A DNA stretch of 64,000 nt from a bacterium ADurb.Bin243 (GTDB lineage Bacteria > Muiribacteriota > UBA9980). This document shows, piece by piece, positions 18,921-29,088 of the stretch. The position numbers and the translations under genes are program-made. Positions within the stretch are counted from its first letter, which is position 1. Every line of letters begins with the position of its first letter. The notes beneath the pieces are model-generated. The model was given only the letters and a program-made list of their open reading frames with translations. It did no database searches and was not told where the DNA came from. The stretch covers positions 8,436 to 72,435 of the forward strand of contig MWBZ01000012.1 of NCBI GenBank assembly GCA_002069765.1. The letters are read 5' to 3'.

Positions 18921-19376
18921 CTACCAGCTTGAATAAAGCGTGTTATCGAGCGCCGCGCCCCGGGCCCTCGATTTTATGTCGAAGACTTTTTTATCGGTTT
19001 CGGATATTAAAATTATCTCCCAGCTCGCCTCTGCCGAAACGGGGTCGAGCGGAATGGAACGCAGGTATTTTTTCTCGACCAGCTCTTCGAGCGACGAAGG
19101 AAACCTGTTTTCATGGCGCAGCCCGGGCTCGGCCGCGAGCCGGTCCAGATAATAACGGTCGATCGCGCTTCGCACCGTGTTAAGAGCCCCGCGGAGACTT
19201 TCTTCCTTTTCTTTTTTCACGCTATACTCAAAACCCTGTACCACGGCCATTGCTAAAACGGAAAGAAAAACCGTTACCGTAAGGATTTCGACAAGCGTAA
19301 ACGCCCGCCGCCCGGCCTTTTGAAGAATTATTCTTTTTTTTAACCCGCGTCCGCTGAATTTCATGCGCGCCTTCAT
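18921..19376 (-). CDS. Prepilin-type pseudopilin
   Basis: RRAFTLVEILTVTVFLSVLA signal peptide with Ala at -1; C-terminal FPSSLEELVEKKYLRSIPLDPVS. Confidence 0.7.
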   Translation of the reverse strand: MKARMKFSGRGLKKRIILQKAGRRAFTLVEILTVTVFLSVLAMAVVQGFEYSVKKEKEESLRGALNTVRSAIDRYYLDRLAAEPGLRHENRFPSSLEELVEKKYLRSIPLDPVSAEASWEIILISETDKKVFDIKSRARGAALDNTLYSSW

Positions 19377-19443
19377 TCGTTTTCGCTTACAAATATTTTA
19401 AACCGCCCCGGTAAAAATCACTTATAATTTTTAAATTTTATTT

Positions 19444-19836
19444 TCAGTATTTTTCATAGCTGACGCCTTTAATATCGGTTCCCGCGGGCGGCGAGCCGTT
19501 TTTTCCGCGCAGGAATACCGAGCCGTTTGCGGCGTCGTAGCCGATATCGCCGGAAGCGTTGGCTGCGTCCCATTTTAAATACGCGTTCTTAAGCTGCGCG
19601 CCTTCCATGGCCGATATGCTCGGCGGAAAGCGGCCGTTTTCAATGTAATAGCGGCCGATCGCGCCCCTCAGTATGGAAAGATTATTTTTAACGGCCGCGT
19701 CTTTTGCAAGCCCGGCGCGCGAAGAAACGTTTATAACGGCTATCGACGACAGCATGGAAATTATCGCGATAACCGCCAGAAGCTCGATGAGCGAAAAACC
19801 CTTCAAGCTTTTTTTATTATGAGCGAAAATCCTCAT
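19444..19836 (-). CDS. Major pseudopilin / type IV pilin (GspG-like)
   Basis: Canonical KGFSLIELLAVIAIISML prepilin peptidase site (G at -1, E at +5). Confidence 0.8.
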   Translation of the reverse strand: MRIFAHNKKSLKGFSLIELLAVIAIISMLSSIAVINVSSRAGLAKDAAVKNNLSILRGAIGRYYIENGRFPPSISAMEGAQLKNAYLKWDAANASGDIGYDAANGSVFLRGKNGSPPAGTDIKGVSYEKY

Positions 19837-20396
19837 AAATTGCCCTCGATCAAATCTCTTATTTTAAAAGCGCTGAACGGTATGTAAAAATCGAAAGCAA
19901 TATCGGCTTTCTTTTCGTCCAGCTCGTTCATGGATATCATTTTGGGCGCCAGATGAAATTTAGCCCTGGCGCTTTCTATAAAATTTAAAAATGCTGAGGC
20001 GGCGACGGAACGGAACCCTGCTTTCACTTCGAGCGCTTCGATGAAATAGATTTTTTTTAACGAATACTCGGCGCTGAAGTGTTCGCAGCCGGTTTCCTTT
20101 GCCAGAGTGGCTATAAGCCCCTGAATGAGCTCGACATCTTTTGCCGCGAAACTGCTTTTAAAGTAATTTTTAAAATAAAGCGCGCCCGATTTGAAATCGT
20201 CCTTTTCCTTGCGCAGCGCGGCGCATGATTTAGCGGCCAGCGCGTTTTTCTCTTCGAGTTCGCTTATAAGCGGCATAAGCGCAGCCGCGCTGCCCTGCGG
20301 CGAAACGGTCAGCACGTGCAAGAATCCCGCGAATATAAGCGCCATAGAGCTTATTATAGCTATATTAAACAGCCTGGACCTTTCTTTTTCATTCAA
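19833..20396 (-). CDS. PilO/GspM-like pilus assembly protein (tentative)
   Basis: 187 aa; single N-terminal TM, coiled-coil, then a periplasmic domain; positioned between pilN-like and pilin genes. Confidence 0.35.
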   Translation of the reverse strand: MNEKERSRLFNIAIISSMALIFAGFLHVLTVSPQGSAAALMPLISELEEKNALAAKSCAALRKEKDDFKSGALYFKNYFKSSFAAKDVELIQGLIATLAKETGCEHFSAEYSLKKIYFIEALEVKAGFRSVAASAFLNFIESARAKFHLAPKMISMNELDEKKADIAFDFYIPFSAFKIRDLIEGNL

Positions 20397-21060
20397 AAAG
20401 CTCAGCCTCCTTAAGAGTTATTATAATATAAGCGCTAACCCCGCCGGCCGAAGCTTTGAGCGACGAAACGAAAATCTGCCCTATCCAGCGGCAGGCTTTC
20501 AGATTATCTACCAGCCTCAAATAAGTGTCTTTAGCGGCGCAGTTCATTTGAAACTCCATTTTCTTCGTAGAAAAATCTATCTTTATATTGCCTATTTTCA
20601 CTTCGCCGCCGAATTCGCCGGCGTTTTTAAAAAGGCTTTCCATTATGGCCCGTTCGCTCGTTTTAGTTTTTTTCAGGCTTTGCGCCACGGCTTCTTCGAA
20701 TTTTAAAGTTTTTTCCTTGAGCTCCGGCGTGAAAGAAATTTCGAGCGTATCGGAAAAAGGCGTTTCTCCGTCGTAAAAAAAGCCTTTTTTAACCATGGTT
20801 TCGAAAGTATCGAAATCGTTTATCACTACCCTGGTGTTTTTCAGCTCGCGTTCTCTGGAGGCGAGCCGGTCCTGCAATTCGGTTATCCTTTCGTTCGCCT
20901 TCGTGTAAGCCGACGAATAAGAAAAATAGCAGTATGCTATATATGCAATATATAATAAAGGCAGCGATATGATGACCGCCCTGGCTATTATAAAGCTGCG
21001 GGAGTATTTCAGCGCCGAATCGCGTTCGACGAAAAAATTCATGTTTATTTTTTTATCCAT
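20389..21060 (-). CDS. PilN/GspL-like pilus assembly protein (tentative)
   Basis: 223 aa; N-terminal TM (IIARAVIISLPLLYIAYIAY) followed by coiled coil; lies directly downstream of pilM with an 8-nt overlap. Confidence 0.4.
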   Translation of the reverse strand: MDKKINMNFFVERDSALKYSRSFIIARAVIISLPLLYIAYIAYCYFSYSSAYTKANERITELQDRLASRERELKNTRVVINDFDTFETMVKKGFFYDGETPFSDTLEISFTPELKEKTLKFEEAVAQSLKKTKTSERAIMESLFKNAGEFGGEVKIGNIKIDFSTKKMEFQMNCAAKDTYLRLVDNLKACRWIGQIFVSSLKASAGGVSAYIIITLKEAELFE

Positions 21061-22081
21061 GAAGCTGGCGCTCCTTCATTGCGTATAGCGGCAAATATTG
21101 TATTTTATCCCTATCGGACGCATAAACGGCTTCGAGCGAAAGAAAGTTCGACAGGAAAAAATCGAGCCCGCCGTTTTTGCATAGGCCGCCGCTCAAAAAA
21201 GCCTTTGAAATCCTTATCTGCGGAAATTTAGAGGCGAAAAATTCGAACGTGAGGTGTATTTCTTTTAAAAAATTGTCCATCACGGGCGATTTCTTACTTT
21301 CAAAAGCTTCCAGTATCGAAACATCCGCTTTATCGGGGAAGAGTTTAACCGACATCAAATCCATGGTGTTTTTCTCTTTTTGTTTTATGCCTGCGTCGAA
21401 GGCTTCAGGAGTTTCGGCGGAATTAATTTCCTTCGCGGCGGAAGGTTTTAACTCGTTTTCAAAATGTCTGCCGGCCGTTTCTATTATTCTGACGTAAACC
21501 GGCTGATAATTTTTGAAAAAATATACCGTGCACACTTCATAGCCGATATTTAATAACGCGAAATCTTCGACCAGCATGCCGGCGGATGAAAGATAATTGT
21601 AAACGGCATGGCTGGAAAGCTCGATAGAGTTAATAATGATTCCGTTCTCCGCGAAAATATCGGTGATTTTATTTAATATCTCATATTTTACAAGGCAGAG
21701 ATATGCGCTGATATGCTGCTTTTTATCGTCGCCGGTTTCAATAGAAGTTATATGTGCGTCTATTTTGGCGCCGGCGTAAACTTCTTCTCTTATCTGATCT
21801 TTCGAGCGCCATATCACATAATCTTTATTAACGTCGGCCTGCGGCTCGTCGTTTACGATTTTGACGAAAAGCTGGCGTGCCCACTGGTCGGGCAGAACCA
21901 GGTCGCATTCGGAGATCCGGGCTTCTTTTTTAACGCGCTCGAGCGTATGCGACAATTTTTTCGCGTCGGCGAAAGGAAGCGTAAAAGTGCCGCCAACGCA
22001 ATTTACCGGCAGGACGAAATCGTATGCCTTATTTTTTTTCAGCGCCTTGACGCTGTATCCGCCTATATCTATAACAGCCAC
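21053..22081 (-). CDS. pilM: Type IV pilus assembly protein PilM (actin-like ATPase fold)
   Basis: 342 aa; N-terminal AVIDIGGYSVKAL phosphate-1-like motif of the actin/FtsA fold; operon context pilM-N-O. Confidence 0.65.
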   Translation of the reverse strand: MAVIDIGGYSVKALKKNKAYDFVLPVNCVGGTFTLPFADAKKLSHTLERVKKEARISECDLVLPDQWARQLFVKIVNDEPQADVNKDYVIWRSKDQIREEVYAGAKIDAHITSIETGDDKKQHISAYLCLVKYEILNKITDIFAENGIIINSIELSSHAVYNYLSSAGMLVEDFALLNIGYEVCTVYFFKNYQPVYVRIIETAGRHFENELKPSAAKEINSAETPEAFDAGIKQKEKNTMDLMSVKLFPDKADVSILEAFESKKSPVMDNFLKEIHLTFEFFASKFPQIRISKAFLSGGLCKNGGLDFFLSNFLSLEAVYASDRDKIQYLPLYAMKERQLHG

Positions 22082-22174
22082 TTATGCACCCGCTTTTTAA
22101 ATTAATTTCTTTATTTTGCCGGCCGCGTAAGCCGGCCGCAGATCATCTTTTAATATCGTTTTTATTCGCGCCGA

Positions 22175-24043
22175 TCAGTCTTCGAAAGTCATGCGGTTGA
22201 TTTCGTCGATAGTGCTTATACCTTCTATAACCCTCTGCCACGCGGACTGACGAAGCGTGGTCATGCCTTCGGCGACCGCCTGCTTTCTTATATCGAGCGG
22301 CGACGCTTTTAAAATAATCATATTTTTAATGCAATCCGAAAGCGGCATGGTTTCATAAATGCCCGTACGGCCTGAATAGCCGGTGTTATGGCAGAAACGG
22401 CAGCCTTCGCCCTTATAGAATTTATGGTCTTTATAGCGTTCGAAATCGCCCATCAGCTTGACCGTTTCCTCGTCGGGAATATATTCGCGCCGGCAGCTGG
22501 AGCATATTTTGCGTATAAGCCTCTGCGACATTATCAGATTGAACGACGCGGCGAACTGATAAGGGTCCACGCCCATATTGACGAGCCGCCCTATGGCGTC
22601 TATTACGTTATTGGCGTGGATCGTGGAAAGCACGAGGTGCCCCGTGAGGGCCGCATTGATAGCTATATTCGCCGTTTCGAAGTCGCGGATTTCGCCGACC
22701 ATTATTTCGTCGGGGTCCTGACGCACTATCGAACGAAGGCCCGAGGCGAAAGTGAGCCCCTTTTTTTCGTTGACGTTAATCTGCACGATATCGGGTATCT
22801 GATATTCCACCGGGTCTTCGATAGTTATGAACTTGTCTTCCGGGGTTTTGATGGCCTTTATGGCTGAATAAAGCGTCGTAGTCTTCCCGGAGCCGGTGGG
22901 GCCGGCTACGAGTATCATGCCGTAAGGCTTGAATATATTTTTTTTGAATCTTATAAGGTCGTGCTCGGGAAATCCGAGCCTTGCAAGGTCGAGCCCGAGA
23001 GCGTTCTGGTCGAGGACCCTTATTACGACCGTTTCGCCGAAAACCGATGGAAGCACCGACACGCGAAAATCTATGGCGCGGTCGTCTATATAGCGTTTGA
23101 AACGGCCGTCCTGAGGTATGCGTTTTTCGGAAATATCGAGGCTCGCCATATTTTTAAGGCGCGATATTATGAAATTTTTCGATTTTACGTCTATGGTTTT
23201 AACGACATAAAGCGCGCCGTCTATGCGGTATTTGACTTTAAGCCCTTCGGGGTAAACCTCGAAATGTATGTCGGAGGCTTTTTTGCGAATGGCCTTGAGT
23301 ATTATCGAATCGACCGTCTTTACTATGGACGAATCGGACATCGTCTTTAAAAATTCCGCGTCGGCAGCCGCGTCGTCGGCTTCTTCGCTGACCGCCCTGA
23401 GCGCGGGAGTATCGTCGGTATCGGCAAAGAGGGTATTTTCGCTCAACGAAGTTTCGATCATCAGATTGATTATGCGGGCGATATCGCTTTTTACAGAAAC
23501 GTAGGCCAGCGTTGGAATGCCGATAACGGATTCGATTTCTTCTATTCGCTCGACGTCGGACGGGTCGTCTATGACGATTACGAGCTTTTCGCCTTTCATG
23601 GCGTAAGGTATGAACTGGTAGCGCCTTATTATATTCACGTCGAATTTTGAAAAAAGCGCGTCGTCGATCTTCGTTTCGTTTAAATCGACGAATTCCGAAT
23701 TATGCTGGACGGCGATGGCCCTGTAAACGGCCGCCGGATATACGATTCCGCGCTCTATCAAAAGGTCTTTCAAGTTTCCGGGAACTGCGCCGAATTCGTT
23801 TATAATCCGCTCGAGCTCGGAAGCGGCGAGCCTGCCTTCGGATATCAGCACGTCTTCGAGCGAACGGGCCTTCAGCGAAGAAAAATAAAATTTATAAGCA
23901 GCCTGCTCGTTTTCAATAACTTTAAGCTTTATAAGCTCCTTAACGCCTTCGGAAAAATTCTTCGACGCCAGCGTCTCCAGAGCGGCTTTATCTATGCGGT
24001 TCCTGTTTTTAAGTTCGTATAAAATTTTTTCCCACACGGCCAT
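22175..24043 (-). CDS. Type II secretion / type IV pilus assembly ATPase (GspE/PilB family)
   Basis: Walker A GPTGSGKTT, Asp box, His box, tetracysteine CSSC...CRFC, N-terminal GSPII_E_N-like domain. The ORF extends to 24088, but the ATG at 24043 is preceded by AAGGAGAA. Confidence 0.9.
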   Translation of the reverse strand: MAVWEKILYELKNRNRIDKAALETLASKNFSEGVKELIKLKVIENEQAAYKFYFSSLKARSLEDVLISEGRLAASELERIINEFGAVPGNLKDLLIERGIVYPAAVYRAIAVQHNSEFVDLNETKIDDALFSKFDVNIIRRYQFIPYAMKGEKLVIVIDDPSDVERIEEIESVIGIPTLAYVSVKSDIARIINLMIETSLSENTLFADTDDTPALRAVSEEADDAAADAEFLKTMSDSSIVKTVDSIILKAIRKKASDIHFEVYPEGLKVKYRIDGALYVVKTIDVKSKNFIISRLKNMASLDISEKRIPQDGRFKRYIDDRAIDFRVSVLPSVFGETVVIRVLDQNALGLDLARLGFPEHDLIRFKKNIFKPYGMILVAGPTGSGKTTTLYSAIKAIKTPEDKFITIEDPVEYQIPDIVQINVNEKKGLTFASGLRSIVRQDPDEIMVGEIRDFETANIAINAALTGHLVLSTIHANNVIDAIGRLVNMGVDPYQFAASFNLIMSQRLIRKICSSCRREYIPDEETVKLMGDFERYKDHKFYKGEGCRFCHNTGYSGRTGIYETMPLSDCIKNMIILKASPLDIRKQAVAEGMTTLRQSAWQRVIEGISTIDEINRMTFED

Positions 24044-24104
24044 TTTATAATTCTCCTTTACCTTCCGGCCGGCGCGCCGGGCCCGCAAAACTTTCGCGGT
24101 TAAA

Positions 24105-25331
24105 TCAGCTTACTATGGTGGCCGCCGTTATCATGGGCAGCAGTATCGCTATAATAATCGTTCCGAAAACGGCCAGGACGAATATGAGTATCAGCGGCCC
24201 GAAAAGCGATTCGAACGCCGTAGTGAGAGAGTCCAGTTCTTCGTCCATAGTGTTGGAAATATTATTAAAAATCTCAGAAAGCGTGCCCGACTCTTCGCCC
24301 GTTTTAATTAATTTCGGTATTATATCCGAAGCGAAACCGCTTTTTTCGAAAGAAAAACTTATGGTATTGCCTTCGCGTATGAGCCTTACCGCCTCTTTGA
24401 TCTTAGCGTTAATCACGCCGTTGGTCACCACATTAGAACTGACTTCCAGTGCGTTTACTATATTAATGCCTGATTTTATGAGCAATCCGCTGGTCCTGTA
24501 AAAAATCGAATAAAGGCTTTTTTCCACGAACGACCTGATGAGCGGAATTTTCAGGGAATACTTATCGCTGAAGCATTTGCCTTCTTCGGTATTCAGCCAG
24601 TTATAAAGCATGAACGCGAAAGCGGCCGCGAGAAAGCCGAGCGGCAGATAAAACCCGCCGACGAAATCGCCTATGAAAAAAACGACCTGCGATATAGGCG
24701 GAAGCGAAGCCCCCATTTCACGGAACATCTTGGTATATGTAGGCACTACGTTTAAAAAGAGATACGATACGCCGATAGTGCTTAAAACAAGTATGACCGC
24801 GGGATAAGTCGCCGCCGCTATCAATTTTTTGTAAAGCGCCTGTTTTTTCTGGTAATACTCGCTTAAATTGGACAGCACGCCGCAAAGGTTGCCTGAAGTT
24901 TCGCCGCTGGCGACCGTTTTAACGTATAAATCTTCGAAGACGTCGGGGCGCCTGGCAAGCGCGAGTGAAAAAGAAATGCCGTGATCAACGGAATTTTTAA
25001 CGCCGCAGATAATTTCGGTAAAGTAATCCTGCGCGGAACGTTTTTCGGAAAGGACGGCGAGCGCCTCGTTCAGCGACATGCCTGATTTTATAAGCATGGC
25101 GAGCACTCTGGAAAATTCTATAAGGTATTTGGTGCGGTTGAATAAAAACCTTATTTTTCTTAAATTTTCAGCGCTGAAATACGCTCCGAAATCGAACGGC
25201 ATTTTTTCGATTTCGAGAGGAAACATTTCCTGCCGTTTAAGAAGCTCGCTTACGGCTTCGGCCGAGCGGGCGTTGATAACGAGCGATTCCGTCCTGCCCG
25301 TTTTGGTGGAGGCTTTTACTTTAAAATCCAT
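24105..25331 (-). CDS. Type II secretion system protein F / PilC platform protein
   Basis: 408 aa; two T2SSF repeats and three TM segments; adjacent to the GspE/PilB ATPase. Confidence 0.85.
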   Translation of the reverse strand: MDFKVKASTKTGRTESLVINARSAEAVSELLKRQEMFPLEIEKMPFDFGAYFSAENLRKIRFLFNRTKYLIEFSRVLAMLIKSGMSLNEALAVLSEKRSAQDYFTEIICGVKNSVDHGISFSLALARRPDVFEDLYVKTVASGETSGNLCGVLSNLSEYYQKKQALYKKLIAAATYPAVILVLSTIGVSYLFLNVVPTYTKMFREMGASLPPISQVVFFIGDFVGGFYLPLGFLAAAFAFMLYNWLNTEEGKCFSDKYSLKIPLIRSFVEKSLYSIFYRTSGLLIKSGINIVNALEVSSNVVTNGVINAKIKEAVRLIREGNTISFSFEKSGFASDIIPKLIKTGEESGTLSEIFNNISNTMDEELDSLTTAFESLFGPLILIFVLAVFGTIIIAILLPMITAATIVS

Positions 25332-25427
25332 TTTTCAAATTATCTTTCACATAAGAAGGTTTTCATATTTAAACTTCATTATATTAAATTTAAAAATTTT
25401 TTTCAAGTAAACGCCGAAAATAAAAAT

Positions 25428-26000
25428 CTATTTTTCGGCTTTGATAGCGTAATGGTAAGGATATATATCGTACGAAGAACTTATTTTTTTAAACTTAAGG
25501 GATTTGAGCTCTCCCGCGATATGATCGGCGCCTACGCGCTCGTATAAAGGCGGCCCCTGTGGAGTAGCTTCCGCTTTCCAGTCGATTATGAGAATAATGC
25601 CGCCTTTTTTAAGTATCCTGCGGGCTTCCTGAAGGAACAACCGCTGATCGGCCAGTTCGTGATAAACGTTTATAAGATAAACCACGTCGGCGAAATTATC
25701 GCGCAAAAGCGTATCGTTTTCCTCGGACTTAACGCAAAGCACGTTGGTTATTCCGTTAGCTTCGGCGTTTTCCTTGAATTTCTGGATCATTTCAAAACTG
25801 ATATCGACGCCTACGATTTTCGCTTTTCTATATTTTTTAGCCAGGGCCACCGCAAAATAGCCTGTCCCCACGCCGAGCTCGACGGCCGTTTTAGAGTCGA
25901 GACCGCCGAATACGGTGGAAAGCAAGTCGGGATCCTGCCACTTTATGCGTTCCGGATCGTTTAATTTATGAGCTTTTTTTTCATCGAACTTAATGCCCAT
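25428..26000 (-). CDS. Class I SAM-dependent methyltransferase
   Basis: Motif I VELGVGTGYFAVALA. The start is trimmed to the ATG at 26000, preceded by AGAGGAGATAAG; the ORF track extends to 26075. Confidence 0.8.
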   Translation of the reverse strand: MGIKFDEKKAHKLNDPERIKWQDPDLLSTVFGGLDSKTAVELGVGTGYFAVALAKKYRKAKIVGVDISFEMIQKFKENAEANGITNVLCVKSEENDTLLRDNFADVVYLINVYHELADQRLFLQEARRILKKGGIILIIDWKAEATPQGPPLYERVGADHIAGELKSLKFKKISSSYDIYPYHYAIKAEK

Positions 26001-26026
26001 CTTATCTCCTCTTTTATTTATTCGCG

Positions 26027-27241
26027 TCAAGCCCCGAACATGAAAGCCAGCGCCAGGTGTATGCGGGCGCGCCATGCGGCTTCGTTGTGCTGCGCGTCTT
26101 TGAATTCACGGTACTTATAACTTTTGAACTGCGGGTAATTTTTTCGTATCTCGCCGTCGAGTATGCGCGAAGAGCGGAGCGCCGTACGGCCCTCCAGCAG
26201 GCCCATATCCATCCAGAGCCTGTTGCGGGAGTTATCGAAGCCTTTAGACATCGCCCATGGAATTATGGAGTAATTGTCCCAGTAAAGGGCTGGAGAAATC
26301 ACCAGCATGCCGCCGAAGACTTCCGGATATTCGAGCCCCATGTAAAGCGATATGAGGCCGCCGAGCGAAGAGCCGCCTACGGCCGTATTGGAAGGATCCG
26401 TTAGCGTGCGGAATTTTTCGTCGATGAAAGGCTTTAGCTCTTCCACTACAAAGCGGGAATAATCTTCGCCCAGGCCGCCGCCGCCGCGTTTTTCGTCGCG
26501 CATCGGCGCGTATTCGTCGAGCCGCGCTTCGGTATTGTAAATTCCGACGACTATAATTTCCTTCATTTTTTTAGTTTTGACCAGCCGGTCTATAGCTTCG
26601 TCCACTCCCCAATCGACCCCCTGGAAAGAAAGCCTGGCGTCGAAAAGGTTGTTACCGTCGTGCATATATAATACCGGATAGCGCTTTTCACGGTTTTCTT
26701 TAGAAGAATAACCTTCGGGCATCCATACGATAACGTCGCGCTTAAGCTGAAGGTATTTAGATTCGACGTTTTTATAAAGCTTGTAATCGCCGATTAAATT
26801 CAGCTTATAGCTGTGGACCGCGGCGTCTTTTGGGAGCATATCCTTCCACGCTTCCACTTCGCATTCGAGGCGGCATTTAACGATGCTCTGGCCGCCTGTT
26901 TCAAGGCTTATGAACCTGTTAGGAATATCGAAGCCTTCGAATGACTTTTCTATTTTTTTAAAATCGCCCCTGGTAAATTTGAACTCGATGCTTTTGGCTT
27001 TAGGGAGATAGGCGTTAAATTCGTATGTATACGGCGCAATTTTGGTCATGAGCGCGCCCGCCGATTTCCAGTTTCCAAGAAGCCTGTGATTGCCGCTTAT
27101 AAAAACCCTGTCCTTTTCGGGAGTGGTTTTGGGCACGGTAACTATTACCTGCAAATTGAAGTTATCCACTTCACCGAAGGCCGGCTTTGCAAAAAATATG
27201 AGAACGGCGAAAGTTGAAAGGAAAAAGATTGACAACAGCAT
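26027..27241 (-). CDS. Secreted esterase (alpha/beta hydrolase, putative-esterase/enterochelin-esterase-like family) with N-terminal beta-sandwich domain
   Basis: Signal peptide; GGSSLGG nucleophile elbow; LYMHDG motif; N-terminal about 100-aa Ig/CBM-like domain. Confidence 0.7.
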   Translation of the reverse strand: MLLSIFFLSTFAVLIFFAKPAFGEVDNFNLQVIVTVPKTTPEKDRVFISGNHRLLGNWKSAGALMTKIAPYTYEFNAYLPKAKSIEFKFTRGDFKKIEKSFEGFDIPNRFISLETGGQSIVKCRLECEVEAWKDMLPKDAAVHSYKLNLIGDYKLYKNVESKYLQLKRDVIVWMPEGYSSKENREKRYPVLYMHDGNNLFDARLSFQGVDWGVDEAIDRLVKTKKMKEIIVVGIYNTEARLDEYAPMRDEKRGGGGLGEDYSRFVVEELKPFIDEKFRTLTDPSNTAVGGSSLGGLISLYMGLEYPEVFGGMLVISPALYWDNYSIIPWAMSKGFDNSRNRLWMDMGLLEGRTALRSSRILDGEIRKNYPQFKSYKYREFKDAQHNEAAWRARIHLALAFMFGA

Positions 27242-27272
27242 ATGTACTCCTCTTAAAATTTATAATAAAGCT

Positions 27273-27836
27273 TTAAACCGTTTTAAAATAATATACGCCG
27301 TCTCTGGCGTTAAGATTCATAAAAATATGATCTCCTTTTAAATTAATGGCGAAAGCCGAAGGATCGAGCGAATGTTTTTTTATCAGGGCGCATGAAAAAT
27401 CTATCAGCGATTCACGGTATTGCCTGATTGCGACGCTTTTTAAAAGCCTGTATTTTTTAATTTTCTGCGGCGCGAGCACTATGAGAAAAATATAGAAAGC
27501 CGTAGCACCGTAAAGCGCATAAATAATATTTTCCGGAGAACAGAATCTCAGCGTAAAGAAAGCGAAAGCCGTTATAAGCCCGAAAAGCATTAAATTACGG
27601 GCCAGAACGAAGTCGGCCGCTTTCAGGTAACTTATGACGGATTCGCATGAAGCGGTTTTACCCGAAGCGCCGCCGATTATTTTTATCAGCTCGAACGCGG
27701 CGTCGCGGGCTTCGCGGAATTGCTCTTCAGGCATCTGAGCCGCGAGAGCCTGCTTGATATCGCCGTGCGGATCCGTTGAAAACGGCGATTCGATTTCTTT
27801 TACCGCGGCTTTTATTAATTTTTCAATATATTTCAT
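27273..27836 (-). CDS. Hypothetical membrane protein
   Basis: 187 aa; two central hydrophobic helices; no recognised motifs. Confidence 0.4.
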   Translation of the reverse strand: MKYIEKLIKAAVKEIESPFSTDPHGDIKQALAAQMPEEQFREARDAAFELIKIIGGASGKTASCESVISYLKAADFVLARNLMLFGLITAFAFFTLRFCSPENIIYALYGATAFYIFLIVLAPQKIKKYRLLKSVAIRQYRESLIDFSCALIKKHSLDPSAFAINLKGDHIFMNLNARDGVYYFKTV

Positions 27837-27845
27837 CTCGCCTGC

Positions 27846-28499
27846 CTATAAAGCCATAATTTTTTTAACGAGCTTTTCCACGCAGCGGTTCAATGATACG
27901 ATATCGGGCGCGAGCATATAAGCCGGCGCGGTGACTAAAAGATTATTCGTGTCGAAGCAGATTTCCTCTGCCGAACAGTTGACGTGCTCTGCGCCCCAGC
28001 CGTTTATAGCGGCGGCTATTGCCGGATCGTTTCCAACGGTGACTCTGGCCTTTTTCGAAGCCAGAACTTTAGCCACCGTTACCGGAGCCATGCACATAGC
28101 GCCTATGGGCTTTTTCGCCGCATGAAAATCGACGATCAGCTTTTCTACCTGCGCGTCTACTTTAGTGCCTTTTCCGCCGTTTTTGCTGAAATCGCAAAGG
28201 TTCAGCGAAGCGCCCAGGCCGCCCGGGAATATTAAGGCGTCGTAATCCGCGGCGCTTATCGCGCCGATCTTTACTATTTCACCGCGGGCGATTCTGGCCG
28301 ATTCCGCCAGCATATTTCTTTTTTCTCCGCTCTCTTTTTTAGAGTAATGGTCGAAAACCCTTACCTGAGGGGCATCAGGAGCGGCGCACTGATATTTCGC
28401 GCCCTGCGCGGCAATATTTAAAAGAGTGAGGGTAGCTTCGTGTATTTCCGAACCGTCCATTACTCCGCATCCGGAGAGTATTACAGCTATTTTTTTCAT
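27846..28499 (-). CDS. elbB: DJ-1/PfpI superfamily protein, ElbB-type (glyoxalase / isoprenoid biosynthesis-associated)
   Basis: MKKIAVILSGCGVMDGSEIHEATLTLL N-terminus; conserved Cys in MCMAPV. Confidence 0.8.
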   Translation of the reverse strand: MKKIAVILSGCGVMDGSEIHEATLTLLNIAAQGAKYQCAAPDAPQVRVFDHYSKKESGEKRNMLAESARIARGEIVKIGAISAADYDALIFPGGLGASLNLCDFSKNGGKGTKVDAQVEKLIVDFHAAKKPIGAMCMAPVTVAKVLASKKARVTVGNDPAIAAAINGWGAEHVNCSAEEICFDTNNLLVTAPAYMLAPDIVSLNRCVEKLVKKIMAL

Positions 28500-28533
28500 G
28501 AACGACCTCCAAATTTTATTTTTTCTTTATTAT

Positions 28534-28959
28534 TTATTTTTTCTTTTTATTAGGCTTGTACGTTATCGTTTTTACTATTTTCAGATCGGTATCGTATTTT
28601 ACGGCTTTGATCAAATATCCGTCCTGATCGTATTCGAAATCGACCTTCGCCGCGTTTCTTTCTTCGAAGTCGATGACCCTTAAAGTGCCGTCGTAGTCGT
28701 GCGACGAAAGCGAAAGTATCCTGCCGCCGTAGCTCCTGATTTTATAATAACGCTTATTTCCGTCCAGCTCGCTTATTTCGTTGATGCCCTTTGGCAGGTT
28801 GTTAGCCTGATAGGCGACGTCTTCGTAATACTTTTCGGTGGCAGAAAAGCACGTCGTAAGGATTATAAGCAAAATTACAAGCGAAAAGACCGCGGCGATA
28901 ATTTTTACGATTTTCTTTTCCATAGAAGCTAATATACTATAAATAAAAAAATAAGTCAA
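28534..28959 (-). CDS. Hypothetical membrane-anchored protein
   Basis: 141 aa; N-terminal TM, Lys-rich C-terminus; sits in an AT-rich segment. Confidence 0.35.
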   Translation of the reverse strand: MTYFFIYSILASMEKKIVKIIAAVFSLVILLIILTTCFSATEKYYEDVAYQANNLPKGINEISELDGNKRYYKIRSYGGRILSLSSHDYDGTLRVIDFEERNAAKVDFEYDQDGYLIKAVKYDTDLKIVKTITYKPNKKKK

Positions 28960-29088
28960 TTATTCTTTACGCCCGCAAAGCATATGGCGCGGTAAATAAA
29001 TAAAATGAAAAGATAAATGATTGCCGATTGAATATTTTTCTGATATAATATGCCGCGTTTAAAATTTATACTGAATGGGCTGCGTTTC

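Noticed and set aside
28500-29088. AT-rich segment around the 141-aa hypothetical gene as a possible horizontally acquired islet
   Set aside because: It is short, has no flanking repeats or mobility genes, and the composition shift is explained by a Lys-rich small membrane protein plus intergenic DNA.
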